Positions 13,590-27,156 are shown, counted from the whole stretch's first letter. The stretch: 63,914 bases of DNA, filler included, from Octopus bimaculoides (GCF_001194135.2; 4 parts of 4 records of this genome joined end to end with filler, not necessarily neighbours in it), one strand, 5' to 3'. Notes: generated by a model not told the origin, from the sequence alone. Numbers and translations: made by a program.

Positions 13590-15152
13590 TTCAAATATAA
13601 GTTCTGAAAATACTCTTGGGTTTTTATTTTGTTCCACCAACTAAGAACAACACTTCATTTGAATTAAAATCACCCTTCATTACGTAGCATGGCCATATAT
13701 TTTGAAAGGTTGCTCAGCAGTCATATATTCTCGAGTTCAGTCCATCTACGTTGCAATTTGGGTCAGAAATTTTTACGGCAGCCTCGGATCAACAATAACC
13801 AGTAAGCGTAATTGCGGTAGATAGAAGCTGTGTTGAAGCCCATCAGACAGATTGAACCTGTAATACAATGGTCCTTCCTTGATACACCTATTGTCATACT
13901 GCTTGAGAGTTGCATCCATGGTACACATGACTGGAATGTTTAGTCACTTAAACGCTAATTCAATGAGCAACTAATTCAGTTGATCAAACAAACGAATACG
14001 AAACATCGACACCAATGGAGTTGCATTTATTTTATTTTATTTTCTTCAGTCTATGCAATTAGCTTATCAACGATATTTCCCTTAGCTTAATTTTGTTTTC
14101 TTAATACCCACTCTATTACAGGCATGGAAAACTGTGAGAATCAAAATATTGATGGGTGCATTCAATCTACCACGTTTTCTGCAAACTTGAGCATATGCAT
14201 GGCTCTTCCATGCTGGGTATCATATAAACAAAAACGAGTTTTTCCATAGAAACAATGTGTGTATGCAACACACTTGCTCCACAGGTCATGAGCAGACTAC
14301 TAAACCCCGCTGTTTTGGCATAACAGTCAACTTTTCAGTGATAGAAACCACTTGATACGTTTTCATAAAAAACATTATAATATAAATGGCACTGATTACT
14401 GATCAAATAAGTTTCCATGTTATCTATGCTTTACTGTCAAAATCAAACGAAACCTAATGTATCCATTGCTGTTCCCAGCTCCACTAAGCCAAGGCTGGAT
14501 TTTCCCCTCGGGCTTCTGAATAAAAAGCTTAAAATTAATTCTTAATTTATGGAGAGTTCTCTTTTATCTCTTGTGAATCAGTAATGAATGCTACAAGGCT
14601 TTTGTTTTCGTTCTCCAATAAAGAGGAAATCAATTCATTATGATGTTTTTCTTTTTGCAAATGCCATTCGGTACATCCGTAATACTTGATTTATCTTGAT
14701 CTATGACATTGTTTATTTACACTATTTCTCTTAGCTCAATTGCTTTTTCTTATCACATATGTTTGTCCCTACAGCTTATCTCAGCTATGATAGCAGTATC
14801 ATCTCTATTTCATGCTGGTATGTGTGTGTGTGTGTGTGTCTGTGTGTTATGTTTACATATATAAACTATTGAATGACAAGGAATCAGGAATTGCATTCAA
14901 CTTCATTAGCTTTCAACTGTTTCTACTATAAGAAGCAATGTACCCAGCTCTGATTGCACTGCTTCGTTTTAGCAGAAACAGCTCTACAATTTGCAAATGG
15001 ATTACGTATTTCTTGTTCCCCAGTCATTCATTAATTGATATTATGCGCGATGTACCTGCCGAACGCTGTATTCTAAAGCATACATATATTAAGTTCTAAT
15101 AACTAGTTATTAGTAGTATTGCTATGTCTTAGTGAAATCATTACAAATACAC

Positions 15153-15203
<51 letters not shown>

Positions 15204-15446
15204 NNNNNNNNNNNNNNNNNNNNNNNNNNNNNNNNNNNNNNNNNNNNNNNNNNNNNNNNNNNNNNNNNNNNNNNNNNNNNNNNNNNNNNNNNNNNNNNNN
15301 NNNNNNNNNNNNNNNNNNNNNNNNNNNNNNNNNNNNNNNNNNNNNNNNNNNNNNNNNNNNNNNNNNNNNNNNNNNNNNNNNNNNNNNNNNNNNNNNNNNN
15401 NNNNNNNNNNNNNNNNNNNNNNNCATTATTAATATTATTATTATTA

Positions 15447-15499
<53 letters not shown>

Positions 15500-15544
15500 A
15501 GCATCATCATCATCTTTGGTTGAGCTCTCATTGTCTTCTTCATG

Positions 15545-15975
15545 ATTCACTTGAAAAGGAAATTGAGAGCGGAGTGGGAAGTGCTGTCCTTGAGTGAGTT
15601 TATTGAAAGTTTGGTGAAAGTTGCAAAAATGGCAAGAGTCGATGGTACCTCTAGAAGTGTAGACCTGTGAGTCGGAGAGAAGGAATTGGAGAAGGCACTT
15701 GCACTTGGGGTTTCAGAGAAATCTTGGACAGTGGGGTTCCTCGATTATCACTAGAGGCCTTCCTGTATCAGGAGAGCCACATCTCTATCAGCTTCCCCGC
15801 CACCTTTTCTTTTTCACCTTTATATGCTATGCATACATCCCTTCTTTTTCAGTGTATACTGTGTATACGTTCTTTCCTTTTTTTTTTATCATTTCATTAT
15901 ATGTAAACCCCGCACATGTGTTTCTGTCGTAAACTCGTCCTTCGCCCTTGTGGCAAATAAATGATATTATTATTG
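15545..15975 (+). mobile_element. L1/Tx1-type LINE 3' end
   Basis: FHLKRKLRAEWEVLSLSEFIESLVKVAKMARVDG matches the ORF2 C-terminus at about 17520-17640; 3'UTR ends cccttgtggcaAATAAA plus (ATT)n. Confidence 0.75.
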
Positions 15976-16103
15976 TTCAGTAGTTTTATTTTTATAACGT
16001 GCTTTCACTTCACTACCGAACGCAGCTCTGTGTGCCTTGGGTATGTGCTGTGGTTTGCTTTGATGCTCTTATGGTTACTGTATTGAAAGTGTTTTGCGTA
16101 GGA

Positions 16104-16190
<87 letters not shown>

Positions 16191-16194
16191 CACC

Positions 16195-16706
16195 ATTATT
16201 ATAGACGTCGCACAGTATACAATATCGTGAGGTTGTTGATTGAAGTTATTGTGTCTACCAGGGGTTTGCACTGTTTGTCAATTCACAATAAAGGCCTCAG
16301 ACAGACAATTCTTTATGCAATATGCATGCAGTTCCAAGTAATGCCGACTTTTGCAATACATCTAAATTGTAGGGTGTTTCTAAGGTTTTCAGATGTTTTG
16401 TTCACATTGGGTGGTATTGAACCCAATGCTCCGATGACAATACGGATAACCTTTGTGTTCGACTCTCGTTGCTGCCACATCTTAGCAATCTCAATTCTCA
16501 TGTCTCCATATTTATCCCCCTTTTCTCTTTCTTTTACGATGATATGTTGATCTCCTGGCACTGCCATGTCTATTATCAGGCACTCTTGTTTGTCCCTTCT
16601 AAAGGTTACCATATCCGGCCTTCGATGCTCTAAAACTTTGTCTGTCTGGAAATCAAAATCACAGAGGATTTTTGCCTTCCCCTTTTCGCCCATTACGTTT
16701 TCCGGT
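16195..16706 (-). mobile_element. R4/Dong-clade element, short 3' fragment (RLE)
   Basis: ORF 16313..16693: ILCDFDFQTDKVLEHRRPDMVTF...IIDMAVPGD...IVIGALG. Flanked by (ATT)n at 16104-16190 and 16709-16773. Confidence 0.9.
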
Positions 16707-16707
16707 C

Positions 16708-16774
<67 letters not shown>

Positions 16775-16884
16775 AAATAAATAACAGTTGAGTACTGGGG
16801 TCAGTGTAATCGACTTTCTCCTCTCCCCTGAAATTTCTGGCCATGTGCCAAAAATTTGAAATCATTATTTATTATTATTACTGG

Positions 16885-17905
16885 ATTTTCCGCAGCTCTT
16901 CTCATTGACAGAGTTACGGTCCTGGATCAAGCCAAGAGCGAGGAAAAGCACTTGACACCTGGAGTGTTGGCAAGCGCTCACAACCTTCTGTCAGTCGGGC
17001 AATGCGGCCGGTGGAAGTTCCACACTGGAATTGTATATGGGATTCGTGACGGGCAAGAGCGACGATATTCTCAGGCAAACTTCGGGCGTCGAAGGAGATG
17101 AATTAGCTTGTGTATTTCGAAGGACTTTTGGGCTGGGGCCTATGGATAATTTTCAGAAATCCCTGGCCCGGTTGTGCTGTCCGGGGCTCTGCCAGTTCTA
17201 GACAAGCTCTACAGGTACAAAAGTGCTGTTAGACGGACCTATCCGAGATGTGCGCAGGGTGATGAAATATTCTGCATACACTCGTTCAGAGTCCGGGCAT
17301 TGCTGACTTGTGGACTTCTGGTGAACATCTGTTGAGGCGTGTATGACGGATTCAATTATCTGTTTGATCCATCGAGAGCATCGCTCCGCAGCTGTTTTTG
17401 GACATGAAATACTGGCAGTTTTCCTCTGCCTAGTGACTATGGCGAAGACGGTGCTGTGGTAAACGAGGTTGATAGAACTGAAGACTGATATTTTTCTCTT
17501 CGACCAGGCCTTCATCGACTTTTTCAAGTTCCATTTATAAAGGAAAGTGAGAGTAGAGAGGCAATTGCTTCTTGCTACCAGTATTTTTACTGAAAAGGAA
17601 GTGAATGTAGTGAGAATGGTCCATGTGAATGAGTCTACTCTGAACATAGGCTTATAGGCTGGAGGGGGATGAGGACGAGATTGCTACCTGCCTGAACTGC
17701 CCTTGGTGGTCTGGGTGACCAGAATGTGTAAGGTCCTTTGGTTGGCTTTGGGTGAAACTACTCCATTTGGGGTTATTTTATTGTTACAGCTCTGTTGTTA
17801 ATTGTATTGTTCTTACTGAATACATGTATTTTTGTGCTAAGCCCTACTTGTCCCTTGTTCTTCATTGTCCCTTTTCATTTTGTGCTCAGCCCTTGTGGAC
17901 AATAA
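16885..17905 (+). mobile_element. L1/Tx1-type LINE ORF2 3' part and 3'UTR
   Basis: Decayed ...LPVRDKLYR....PRCxQxDE...H C-terminal Cys motif and FFKFHLxRKVRVERQ. Ends cccttgtggacAATAAA followed by (ATT)n at 17905-17980. Confidence 0.8.
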
Positions 17906-17915
17906 AATATTATTA

Positions 17916-17977
<62 letters not shown>

Positions 17978-18459
17978 TTAATATTATGATCACATTTTTT
18001 TATAACTATTTCCTTCATTCATTTGTTTGACATTGCTTAATTAAGTTCTGAGTTTTACATCCTTGTGTTTTGTTTCTCGACAATTCTTATGTTAAATTGC
18101 TGTTTCATCTGCGTGTGTGTGTCAGTGTGTATGTGCGTGTGCATTTGTGTGTGTCTGTGTGAGTGTGAGTGAGTATATTTATCTGTCACTTATTCTTTCT
18201 GTGTGACTTGTGTATGGGTGGGTGGGTGGAAGAGAAAGGTCACTACGCAGTCCTTTCATTTTTGTCTTTTTTTTTGTTTTTTGTTATACCCAATAAATCA
18301 TTGTTAATTCTATTTGGAAAGGATATTAAATAAACAAAAATATATAAAATAGAAAGTCAAAAAACACATCAAACTATAAGCTGTAATCATTAATAAAAAG
18401 AAATGTCCTGCGGTTTTTAAATGAATCATCACCATTCTCATCCCCCTCCTCCCCTTCTT

Positions 18460-19036
18460 ATTCTCCTCCTCCTCCTCCTCTTCCTCCTCATCATAATTAT
18501 TATCAAACTTTTTCTCGTTGTCAACATCTTCACTATCATCATCATGAGATAGCAGCAGCAGCATCGCCATCGCTGTCGTCGTCGTCGTTAACATCATCAT
18601 CATCATCATCATCATCATAAACATCGTCGTCGCGATCATCATCATCATCATCATTATCCTCCTCCCCCTTCCCTTCCTTTTCATCCACCTCATCATCATC
18701 GTCATCATCATCATCATCGTCATCATCATCATCATCGTCATCATCATCATCATCGTCATCATCATCATCATCGTCATCATCATCATCATCGTTATTATCA
18801 TTATCTTCATCATGAATATCATGGAGGCAGTCACCATCATTCCCATTAATACCTCCTGTTGCTTCCAATCATCTTTTGTCCTCGTCTTCTTCCTCCTCCA
18901 CCTCTTCCTCCTCCACCTCTTCCTCCTCCTCATTATCATTCATCACCATCATCGTCGTCGTCGTCGTCATCGTCATCATCATCATCATCATCGTCGACGT
19001 CATCGTCATCATCATCATACACATCATCATTATCAT

Positions 19037-19073
<37 letters not shown>

Positions 19074-19148
19074 GATCGTCATGATCGTCATCATCATCAT
19101 GATCGTCATCATCATCGTCATCATCATCATACACATCATCATTATCAT

Positions 19149-19187
<39 letters not shown>

Positions 19188-19632
19188 TCGTCATCATCGT
19201 CATCATCATCATCATCGTCATCATCATCGTCATCATCATCATCATCGTCATCATCATCATCATCGTCATCATCGTCATCATCATCAACATCATCGTCATC
19301 ATGGCAATCATGGCAATCATCATCATCATCATCATCGTCATCATCGTCATCATCATCATCATCATCATCATCATCAACATCATCATCATCATCATCATCA
19401 TCGTCATCATCGTCATCATCACCATCATCGTCATCATCATCGTCATCATCATCATCATCGTCATCATCATCACCATCATCGTCATCATCATCGTCATCGT
19501 CATCATCATCGTCATCATCATCATCATCATCGTCATCATCGTCATCATCGTCATCATCGTCATCATCGTCATCATCATCACCATCATCATCTTCATCGTC
19601 GTCATCATCGTCATCATCGTCATCATCGTCAT
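18460..19632. repeat. Long imperfect (CAT/CGT)n trinucleotide array
   Basis: About 1.2 kb; generates the poly-H/S/I/M/D ORFs in all frames; runs into an assembly spacer. Confidence 0.95.
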
Positions 19633-19732
19633 NNNNNNNNNNNNNNNNNNNNNNNNNNNNNNNNNNNNNNNNNNNNTTAATTAATTAANNNNNNNNNNNN
19701 NNNNNNNNNNNNNNNNNNNNNNNNNNNNNNNN
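19633..19732. other. Assembly spacer: 44 N + TTAATTAATTAA + 44 N
   Basis: Identical 100-nt construct at 44000-44099 and 62745-62844; the 12-mer gives stop codons in all six frames. Confidence 0.9.
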
Positions 19733-20289
19733 ATATATATATATATATATATATATAAGGTCCAAAAATGAAGAAAAAAGACTAGGGGAAAGAACCACAA
19801 ACAGAGATGGACGATCACGAAAAATGTAGGAAGTCTTTAATGTTTCGAGCCTACGCTGTTCTACAGAAGGAATCGATGAATGGAGATAAACGATGATGAA
19901 AAAAGTTTATAAGTTAAACGGTCAAGGCATGCTGAAGGCCAAGGCAAGATGAAATGACCGAAAATAGGAAGAAGTTGACTTGAGGCGTGATGTATTGACG
20001 CCATAAGAATGTATAACTGTTCCAAAAAAACGAGAAATGATTCTTTTCTGAAATAATAGATCTCAAAGCATATAAAACTATAAAATAATACCTTATATAG
20101 CATGTAAAACTAATAATAACATATAAGTATTGGGCTGAACAACCCTTTTGGATAGAAAAAGTCGAACCCTTCGAGCTTTGTTTTTATCCAAAATGTTATG
20201 TTTATTCGACCCATTATCTACATTCTATAATTCAGTTTCTTATGCTTCGATACCTACAATTCCCCCTCCCCCAAATTACATATATCTTC

Positions 20290-21880
20290 TTATATGGATA
20301 CTATTAAAATATAACAACATGGCTTTTACACCTCACTCTCCTATATGTTAGCTCTGCACAATCTAGATAAGAATCTAAGATGGCGTTCCAATCGTCCACT
20401 AGCAAAAAGAGCAAGACGTCCCTAGGAAAACCGCCAAACGTCTGAAGAAATTGGATGCCCTGTCCAAGTCGGGACATACGAAGCAACTAGTCTAAAAGCA
20501 TCATCTTCACTACTGCTCACGTCCAGGATCATCAAATTATTGCCCGGGTCCAGGAAGCTCACCTGTATCTCTTTCGGAACACAAAACCAGCCATCTCTCC
20601 AATTAGCATCGAGTAAAGCATGCGATTTCATAATCGCCAAATGTTGGTGCTAAGGCGCGTATGTCTCATTGACTGCTATAACATCTATATCAGTAGCAGC
20701 TGCATTTATACTACCCATTCCTAAGTCAACATGTTGGTCGAAATGCATAGGAGAAAGTAAACAGATTACTTGCCCATTGGGTGATCCCATAGTCCGGGTG
20801 CCTCGGTTTGTAAGAGGCTTCGGATTTCTTTTGATAATTCCTTTTAAAAACTTATTGTTAGCCCTTACATTCGGATTTTCCACCTACTTGCAAAAATCCT
20901 CTCTTAAATTTTTATGTCTCCAAGTCAAGCTTTATCATTTTCAAGTGATAATTTGAATGTGCTGGTTCTGAAGACTCCTCCCTCTGTTTCTATGTTCTGC
21001 TCCTCTGCAATAAAACACTTCAGTATCTTGTTTGTACTTAGTACAAATGTTTGGATAGTTTTATTTTTGTTGTATTTCTGTGTCTGTCTGCTGGTGCTGC
21101 TTCAGTGTGTGTTTTCCTTTTGTCGAAATTGGTGTTGTTGTTGATGGTGGCGGTGATGGAGTTGAGGTTTTATCCGTTTGTGCGGCGGTGGTTTCGTTGA
21201 TGTTGTTGTGATTATGTGGTATTTTATTTATTGCGTTGTTCTTCTGTTTTTTGATTTACTAATTTTTATCACCTCCTCGCAAGACTTCACTCCCACATCG
21301 GATGGATCTGATGCAAGCGCCAGATGGATAAGGTTGTATGTTTCCGTGCGTGTCTATGTGTGTGTATGTTTGAAAGAGTGGGAAGGCCGGAAAGTAATAG
21401 AGAAAGAGTTGGGCTGGAGATGTTCCTGGGTGGCAACTCCTAGTTCTGGTGTATGAACGTTGTTGTTGTTGGTCTTGCTGTTGCTACTGTTGCTGGTTCG
21501 GTACTGCTGCAGTGGTTCTTATTTCTTTTGCTGCTATTGCTGTTGTTATTAGGAATGTGGCCTCAGCAATAGTGGGGTATTTTCTTGTTTGATTTTTGTT
21601 GAGAACAGAATTCTTTGAAATGGCTTCTGCACCATTATACTGGCATCTAGCTCTCTGCCCTCAACCACGACTTGCAGCCCCTCTTCATCAGGCAGGTGGA
21701 TTATGTCTGGGATCATTTCCATCTACTCCGGTTTGGTCTGGAGAATCTCTAATGTAGTTCTAGCTCAAATATTCCTCTCCGTTTTCTCCACTTCATGAAG
21801 GTTTCCACTGCTTTACAGAGTGACACACGCTAGCAACCACTATGCATCCAACCCAGGTGAAACCTTTCTATCATAACACG
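20290..21880 (-). mobile_element. L1/Tx1-type LINE 5' portion: ORF1 remnant plus APE endonuclease of ORF2
   Basis: IHLPDEEGLQVVVEGR resembles the ORF1 at about 5150. APE motifs DIDVIAVNET, FRLVASYVPT and LLVDDWNAILD occur in consecutive minus-strand ORFs. Confidence 0.8.
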
Positions 21881-22805
21881 ACAGGTCTTTCTATCAGATA
21901 AGATGAGTAGAGGGGGGAATTCATGGCAAGTATAGGGGTTATGGAAACATGGGATTTAGTTGGGAAACACGGAATGGAATGTTAAAGTTAACTTAAATTT
22001 ATGTTAATACATAAATTTTAAGTAAATATTGATAAGGTCTTTCTTTTATCTTGCATTTCTTACGGTATAACAAAGGCATTGTGATAATTACAGGCGGTAC
22101 TGGGAATATATTTCCTTAGTAAAGGACATGATAAACTCAGTGAATGATTTAAAACTTAATTCTTGATTATATTCTTATGATGGTTAGGATGCCTCTCAAT
22201 GTAGCAAAATGCCTCATTTTGTTTTTTTTTTATCGACAATATAAGGACATTATAGAGGTCAATGATTACTTTTATGTAATTCAGTTTTACGATTAAAGTC
22301 TACAGTAACTAGGAACTGAGGATCTTTAGTAAAGCTACGAAGGATCTTGCTTCACAGATTTTACATTTACATCACTATAGAGACTTAATTCGAAGGAGGG
22401 GAATTTACAAGTGAAACAAACACCGCATCTTACCCCTGTCATCTGACTAATGTCAAACAGAATGCTACTGACTTTTCATCAGGATAGTGGGGTCTTAGTA
22501 GATGACTGTTTTCCTTTCGCGCATGGATAATGAGATAAATTTCGGAGTGATAACATGTTAGGCGATCTCTAGAGAATTTAACAGTAATTGCTTGCAGGTG
22601 GAACCATAATAATCTCTAATATTAAATAACAAGAATTCGAAATATTTTTTTAATATTTCATATAAGCTTTTTTTCTATACTGAGCAAATAATATCAGTTT
22701 TCCACCATATACAAGTCGTTTTTTTTTTTTTACAAATTGTGTTTCTGCAAAAGTCTTACTTAACGTAAACACATCGTCTTCGAGTGGTTGGAGAAACATA
22801 TCTTA

Positions 22806-23691
22806 CGAGGTATGATCAATAAGTATCCGTACTGTTGTCACAGTAACAAAGCTAAAGCATGCAGAATAAAGCCGTTTGGTTTGGTACAGATTGATCTTGC
22901 CCTCTGCTGTGCATGTGCACTAAGTTTTAACGTACTAGTTGACTTGCGCTGTTTACAGCAGTGCTTCATAGTAACGTGTGTAACGTGGGATCGTCGCATT
23001 GACCATAACAGAGAAAGTTGTCACGGTGATACCTACTCAGAGGCCTCCTTAAAGTTGAAGAAAGTGTATGAACCGCATACAAGTGAACGAGGGGTTCAGA
23101 CGTTTCCAAGATGGCTGAAAAAATGTCGATAGGGACGAACGTTCTGGGAGACCTGCAACCAGCAGAACTGAGAAAAACATCGCGAATGTGCGTACAGCCG
23201 TGGGGGTGGGGATCGTGGAATCACCATGCATGAGTAATGAGAGGTTGTGCAGATTAGTTACGGTTCACTTCAGTCCATCATCACTGAAGATTTGCGTATG
23301 AGACACATATCTGCCAAGTTTGTGCCAAAACTGTTTTCAGTTGACCAAAAAGTCACTCGGGTTTCAGTTGCACAAAATCTCCTTGATTGCGTCAAGAACG
23401 ATGTAAACGTTTTGAAAACTTTGCGTAGACCTCTGAACACGTATCGCCAAACTTTTAGCAAAATTTAATGCAGATTATCGGCTAAACTTTCTCTGTCATT
23501 GTCAATGCGACGAACACACGCTACACACATTTTAATTCGAAGCACTGCTGTAAACAGCGCGGAAGTGATCCAGAACGTTAAAACTCAGTGCACATGCACA
23601 GCAAACTACAATGTCAATCTGTGTCAAGCAGCTCTACTCTGCGTGCTTCGATACTATGACAACAGTCCGGATATTTATTGATCAGCCCATG
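22806..23691 (+). mobile_element. Mariner-derived element with ~190-bp terminal inverted repeats and truncated transposase
   Basis: TA|cgaggtatgatcaataagtatccgtactgttgtcacagt... is inverted at ...actatgacaacagtccggatatttattgatcagccc, with arms alignable through gtcgcattgac. Interior encodes SIITEDLRMRHISAKFVPKL (WVPREL-type linker). Confidence 0.85.
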
Positions 23692-24446
23692 CACGTTAGT
23701 TCATTATTAATCATGCAGTCATGTCTGAGAATTTTTCTTATGTGTTTTAGATTTTCTCGTAGGAAAATTCTCTCCATCTTCAGCTTTGAATAAAGATGTC
23801 TGTTTTAGAAAATTTGAACTAATAATTCTAAGAAAATAGAACAATGAGAAAAAGCTGAAGGATCTAGTTGTTACTTCAGCATAGTAAAGTTATAATTTAC
23901 AGACTACCCGATACAACAAAGAGTTACATATAAAAAATATGGACAACAAAAACTTTTATTTATACGGAGGACTCACTACCGAGTTATTACATAATGATAA
24001 TATATTTCACATAATTAATATGTTAATATCTGCCAGCATTTCCAAAAGTAAAGCTTATCGAAGATTTTCAAAATTTTGCACATTAATGTAATTTTCCAAG
24101 CTGAATTGCTGGAGTTATTTCGCTTTTTTCAGAAAAATGCTTTTAAAATGTTATAGAGGTTTAAAAGTTTGATCATTTTTACCCAGTCAGGAAACAGAAT
24201 TTGGAAGCTGTCATTTTGTGCGTAACTGCACATTTTGTCGTCACCATCCTAAATATAGCACGTGCTGTCAATATTTGTATTCTACGTACAGAAAACTAGT
24301 AAACAATATGTCTTTTGTTGTTGGAAGCATTCAATATGCATTTAATGCGATAGATAAAACAGCAGAACACAGCGTCAGCAAGTGATTTCAATATATTTAT
24401 CCTACACGTGCTTTCTCGCAGACAAAAGAGTTCTCATGTTTCGCTT

Positions 24447-24460
24447 GTCACTATGGAAAC
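24447..24460 (+). promoter_or_regulatory. RFX X-box consensus match in a TE-poor stretch
   Basis: GTCACTATGGAAAC fits GTHNYYATRRNAAC. Nearby are ATTGG (24487-91), GTAAACAA (24299-306) and CACGTG E-boxes. A chance match is plausible in a window this size. Confidence 0.3.
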
Positions 24461-25671
24461 AAGTATGAATGTGTCTGTGGCTTACGATTGGCTAAAATTA
24501 CCCAAACTTTTCAAACTTTAATTGATAATAACCCTTTATTTATTGATTCATAGCAAAAATTATTTTCATGGTATTCATTAGTCTATAAAAGTGTATCATT
24601 AAGGTGAATATAAAATCACTTCGAACAGAAATTGGCGCTGGCAACCAACCAGAAAAGATCCATCTCAAGTGTCGTCTTTAGACTATTTTTCACTTAAAAG
24701 TGAGATGACTATTTCCATCATGGATGAGTTTGTAAATGAGGTTAGCTGTGTAGGTTAGTTGTTTCAGTGGGAAAATACAAATGAAAATACAAGTTTCTCT
24801 GTATATTTTAGGCATGTATTTTGCCAACAATAATTGATATTTAGGTTCTAGGCTAATTAGAATATTAAGGAATAAAAAATAAAAATAACTTTAATGAAAG
24901 TAAGGGAAATAAATGTCAAAACAACTCGAGGGTTAGAACATTGGTATTAAGTAGCTTATTTATAGTGTGATAGGAAAGCATTGAAAAGCGAAAAGTTAAT
25001 GAATACAATTGGAAAGAACTATATAAGTTTAATTACATATCGGATTGTAGGAAGATGAAATAGTATGATTGAATAGAATGTGCATGTCTTACTATGGAAG
25101 TTGTTTACGAAAAAGCTGGAAACAAGAAAAACATGAATTAGATTAGAGGTTAAATAATGTAAAAGAAGTGACTAATATAATGATTATTGGCGTGATTAAA
25201 TTCATATTGATTATTAAAATGTTCTCGATGCAGGAGGAAATTAATATTAATGGTAAAATTTAAGAGAATTTTTTACAGAAATGCAAAATTGAAGTTATTG
25301 ATACCACCCAAGCATATCATCCTTACATCGCTATCCTATAATTACCTACTCCCGTTAAAACTTTTTGTCTTCAGTATTCTGATATTCTAATTACATTAAA
25401 CTCCAAACAAATCATTTTATAAAAGCATATCTAGTAAAATCATAACTTGCACTAAATTTTCATTTCTACATTTTCGCTAAATGAATTGACATATCTATTA
25501 CTCACATATAGATAATTTATTCTTTTCTCTTATTGCTTTGAAATATTTTCCAACGGGAATTTTAAGTAATTACTTAAAATTCAGTTATAGTAATAAATAT
25601 ATTACGGGTTGATATACCTTAACTTCATAATGAATTAAGTTAAAATATGTATTTCTGGCGAACACACACAA

Positions 25672-25711
<40 letters not shown>

Positions 25712-26120
25712 ACGCGCATACACAAGTGTTTTAATTTGTGTTATTTCTTTCATGATTTAATCATTAGGCAGCAGAATCCTTAATGCGTCGGATAGATTGT
25801 TTCGTGGTATTCGTTCCGACTTTCTAGTTTGAGTAGCAGTAACAGCTACTGTGAAAATTAACAGCCACTCGTTAATACCAACATTCTTGAAAGAACAAAA
25901 GACAACTGCTACTGCTAAAACTGTCACTACTACTACTACTACTACTACCCATAAGCCATCAGAAGTTAACTACCTTCCAGCTCTATGTGAATTTGAAAAA
26001 ATTAATGTGAACTTCTAGAAGTGATGAAAATTAATTTAATTTCATTGTCTCAACATGAATAGTTTCGCTCTTTTGTCCATAATAAAATTCTCAAAGGATT
26101 TTCCTTTTGATTCTTAATAA

Positions 26121-26199
<79 letters not shown>

Positions 26200-26764
26200 A
26201 GAGAGAATTTCAGTATATTAAGACACGATTGAAATTTAGCTCCAAATGCAGATAAGGACAAGTGTCTCATACACTTTTGGAAAGATGTTACCCTGGCTTC
26301 GCTCGTCTCTCCACTCAGAACAACTTCAGCTTCTGTAAACTTGAATATGCAAAATTACTCGTAAGCATCGCCGGCGTCAACTGAGCTCTCAAGAGGAGAT
26401 CTGTGGCTGTTTCACCAATAGACTATTATTTCGAGTTTTTGGGTGTTCATCTCTCATTTTTGCAATCATCACACTGATTTTCTTTCACTCGTAGATTATT
26501 CAAAATCTCCATTAGAATGCTTTTGAAAAATTGGCATACCTTGACATTCATACATTCCATCTCGTGTGGGAGGAACGACGGTCAGTTGATGGGGTATTTT
26601 AGCGGTGATATGCATAATAGGGCTACCAAAGTAATTATAAACTCTTTCACTGGAAGGCTGATTAAAGAATTCTTTTAAAATTCTAAAACGGTTTGTGAAT
26701 ATGTTAAAATCAAAGTAGTTAGTAGTATTGTTCGAGTGTTACTGACAAAATGGGATAATAATCC

Positions 26765-26990
26765 TTTCTACTATAGGCACAAAGCCTGAAGGTTGGTGGT
26801 GGTGGGGGGTGGGGCAGAAGACTAGTCGATTACATCGACTCAGTGTTTCACTGGTATATAATTTATCCACTTCCAAAGGATGAAAGGCAAAACAGCCTCC
26901 TCGGAATTTGAACTCAGAACGTGAAGACGGGCGAAATGCCGCTAAGCAATTTGCCCAGCATGATAACGAGTCTTCTAGCTCGCCGCCTTA
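26765..26990 (-). mobile_element. SINE, near full length
   Basis: Reverse complement taaggcggcgagctagaagactcgtt...ctgagttcaaattccgaggagg...cctttcatcctttgg...gtcgatgtaatcgact. Same family at 3060, 16790, 35200 and 53355. Confidence 0.8.
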
Positions 26991-27118
26991 CACGATGAAA
27001 TAATAATGCTATTTGTCACCTTTAGTAATACATCATATTATTTGTTAATGCTTATTTGTGAGTACAAACACACGTACAAACACACACACACACACACACA
27101 CCACACACACACACACAC

Positions 27119-27156
<38 letters not shown>

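Noticed and set aside
17198-17647. 149-aa minus-strand ORF
   Set aside because: Antisense to a decayed L1/Tx1 ORF2 C-terminus on the + strand.
19677-19688. TTAATTAATTAA motif, also at 44044 and 62789
   Set aside because: Always embedded in exactly 44 N on each side; an assembly linker, not biology.
19760-19900. Repeat sharing atgtttcgagcctacgct with 56990-57020, considered as a hammerhead on the minus strand
   Set aside because: The CUGANGA core is not intact and the stem II register conflicts with the core; kept only as an unclassified dispersed repeat.
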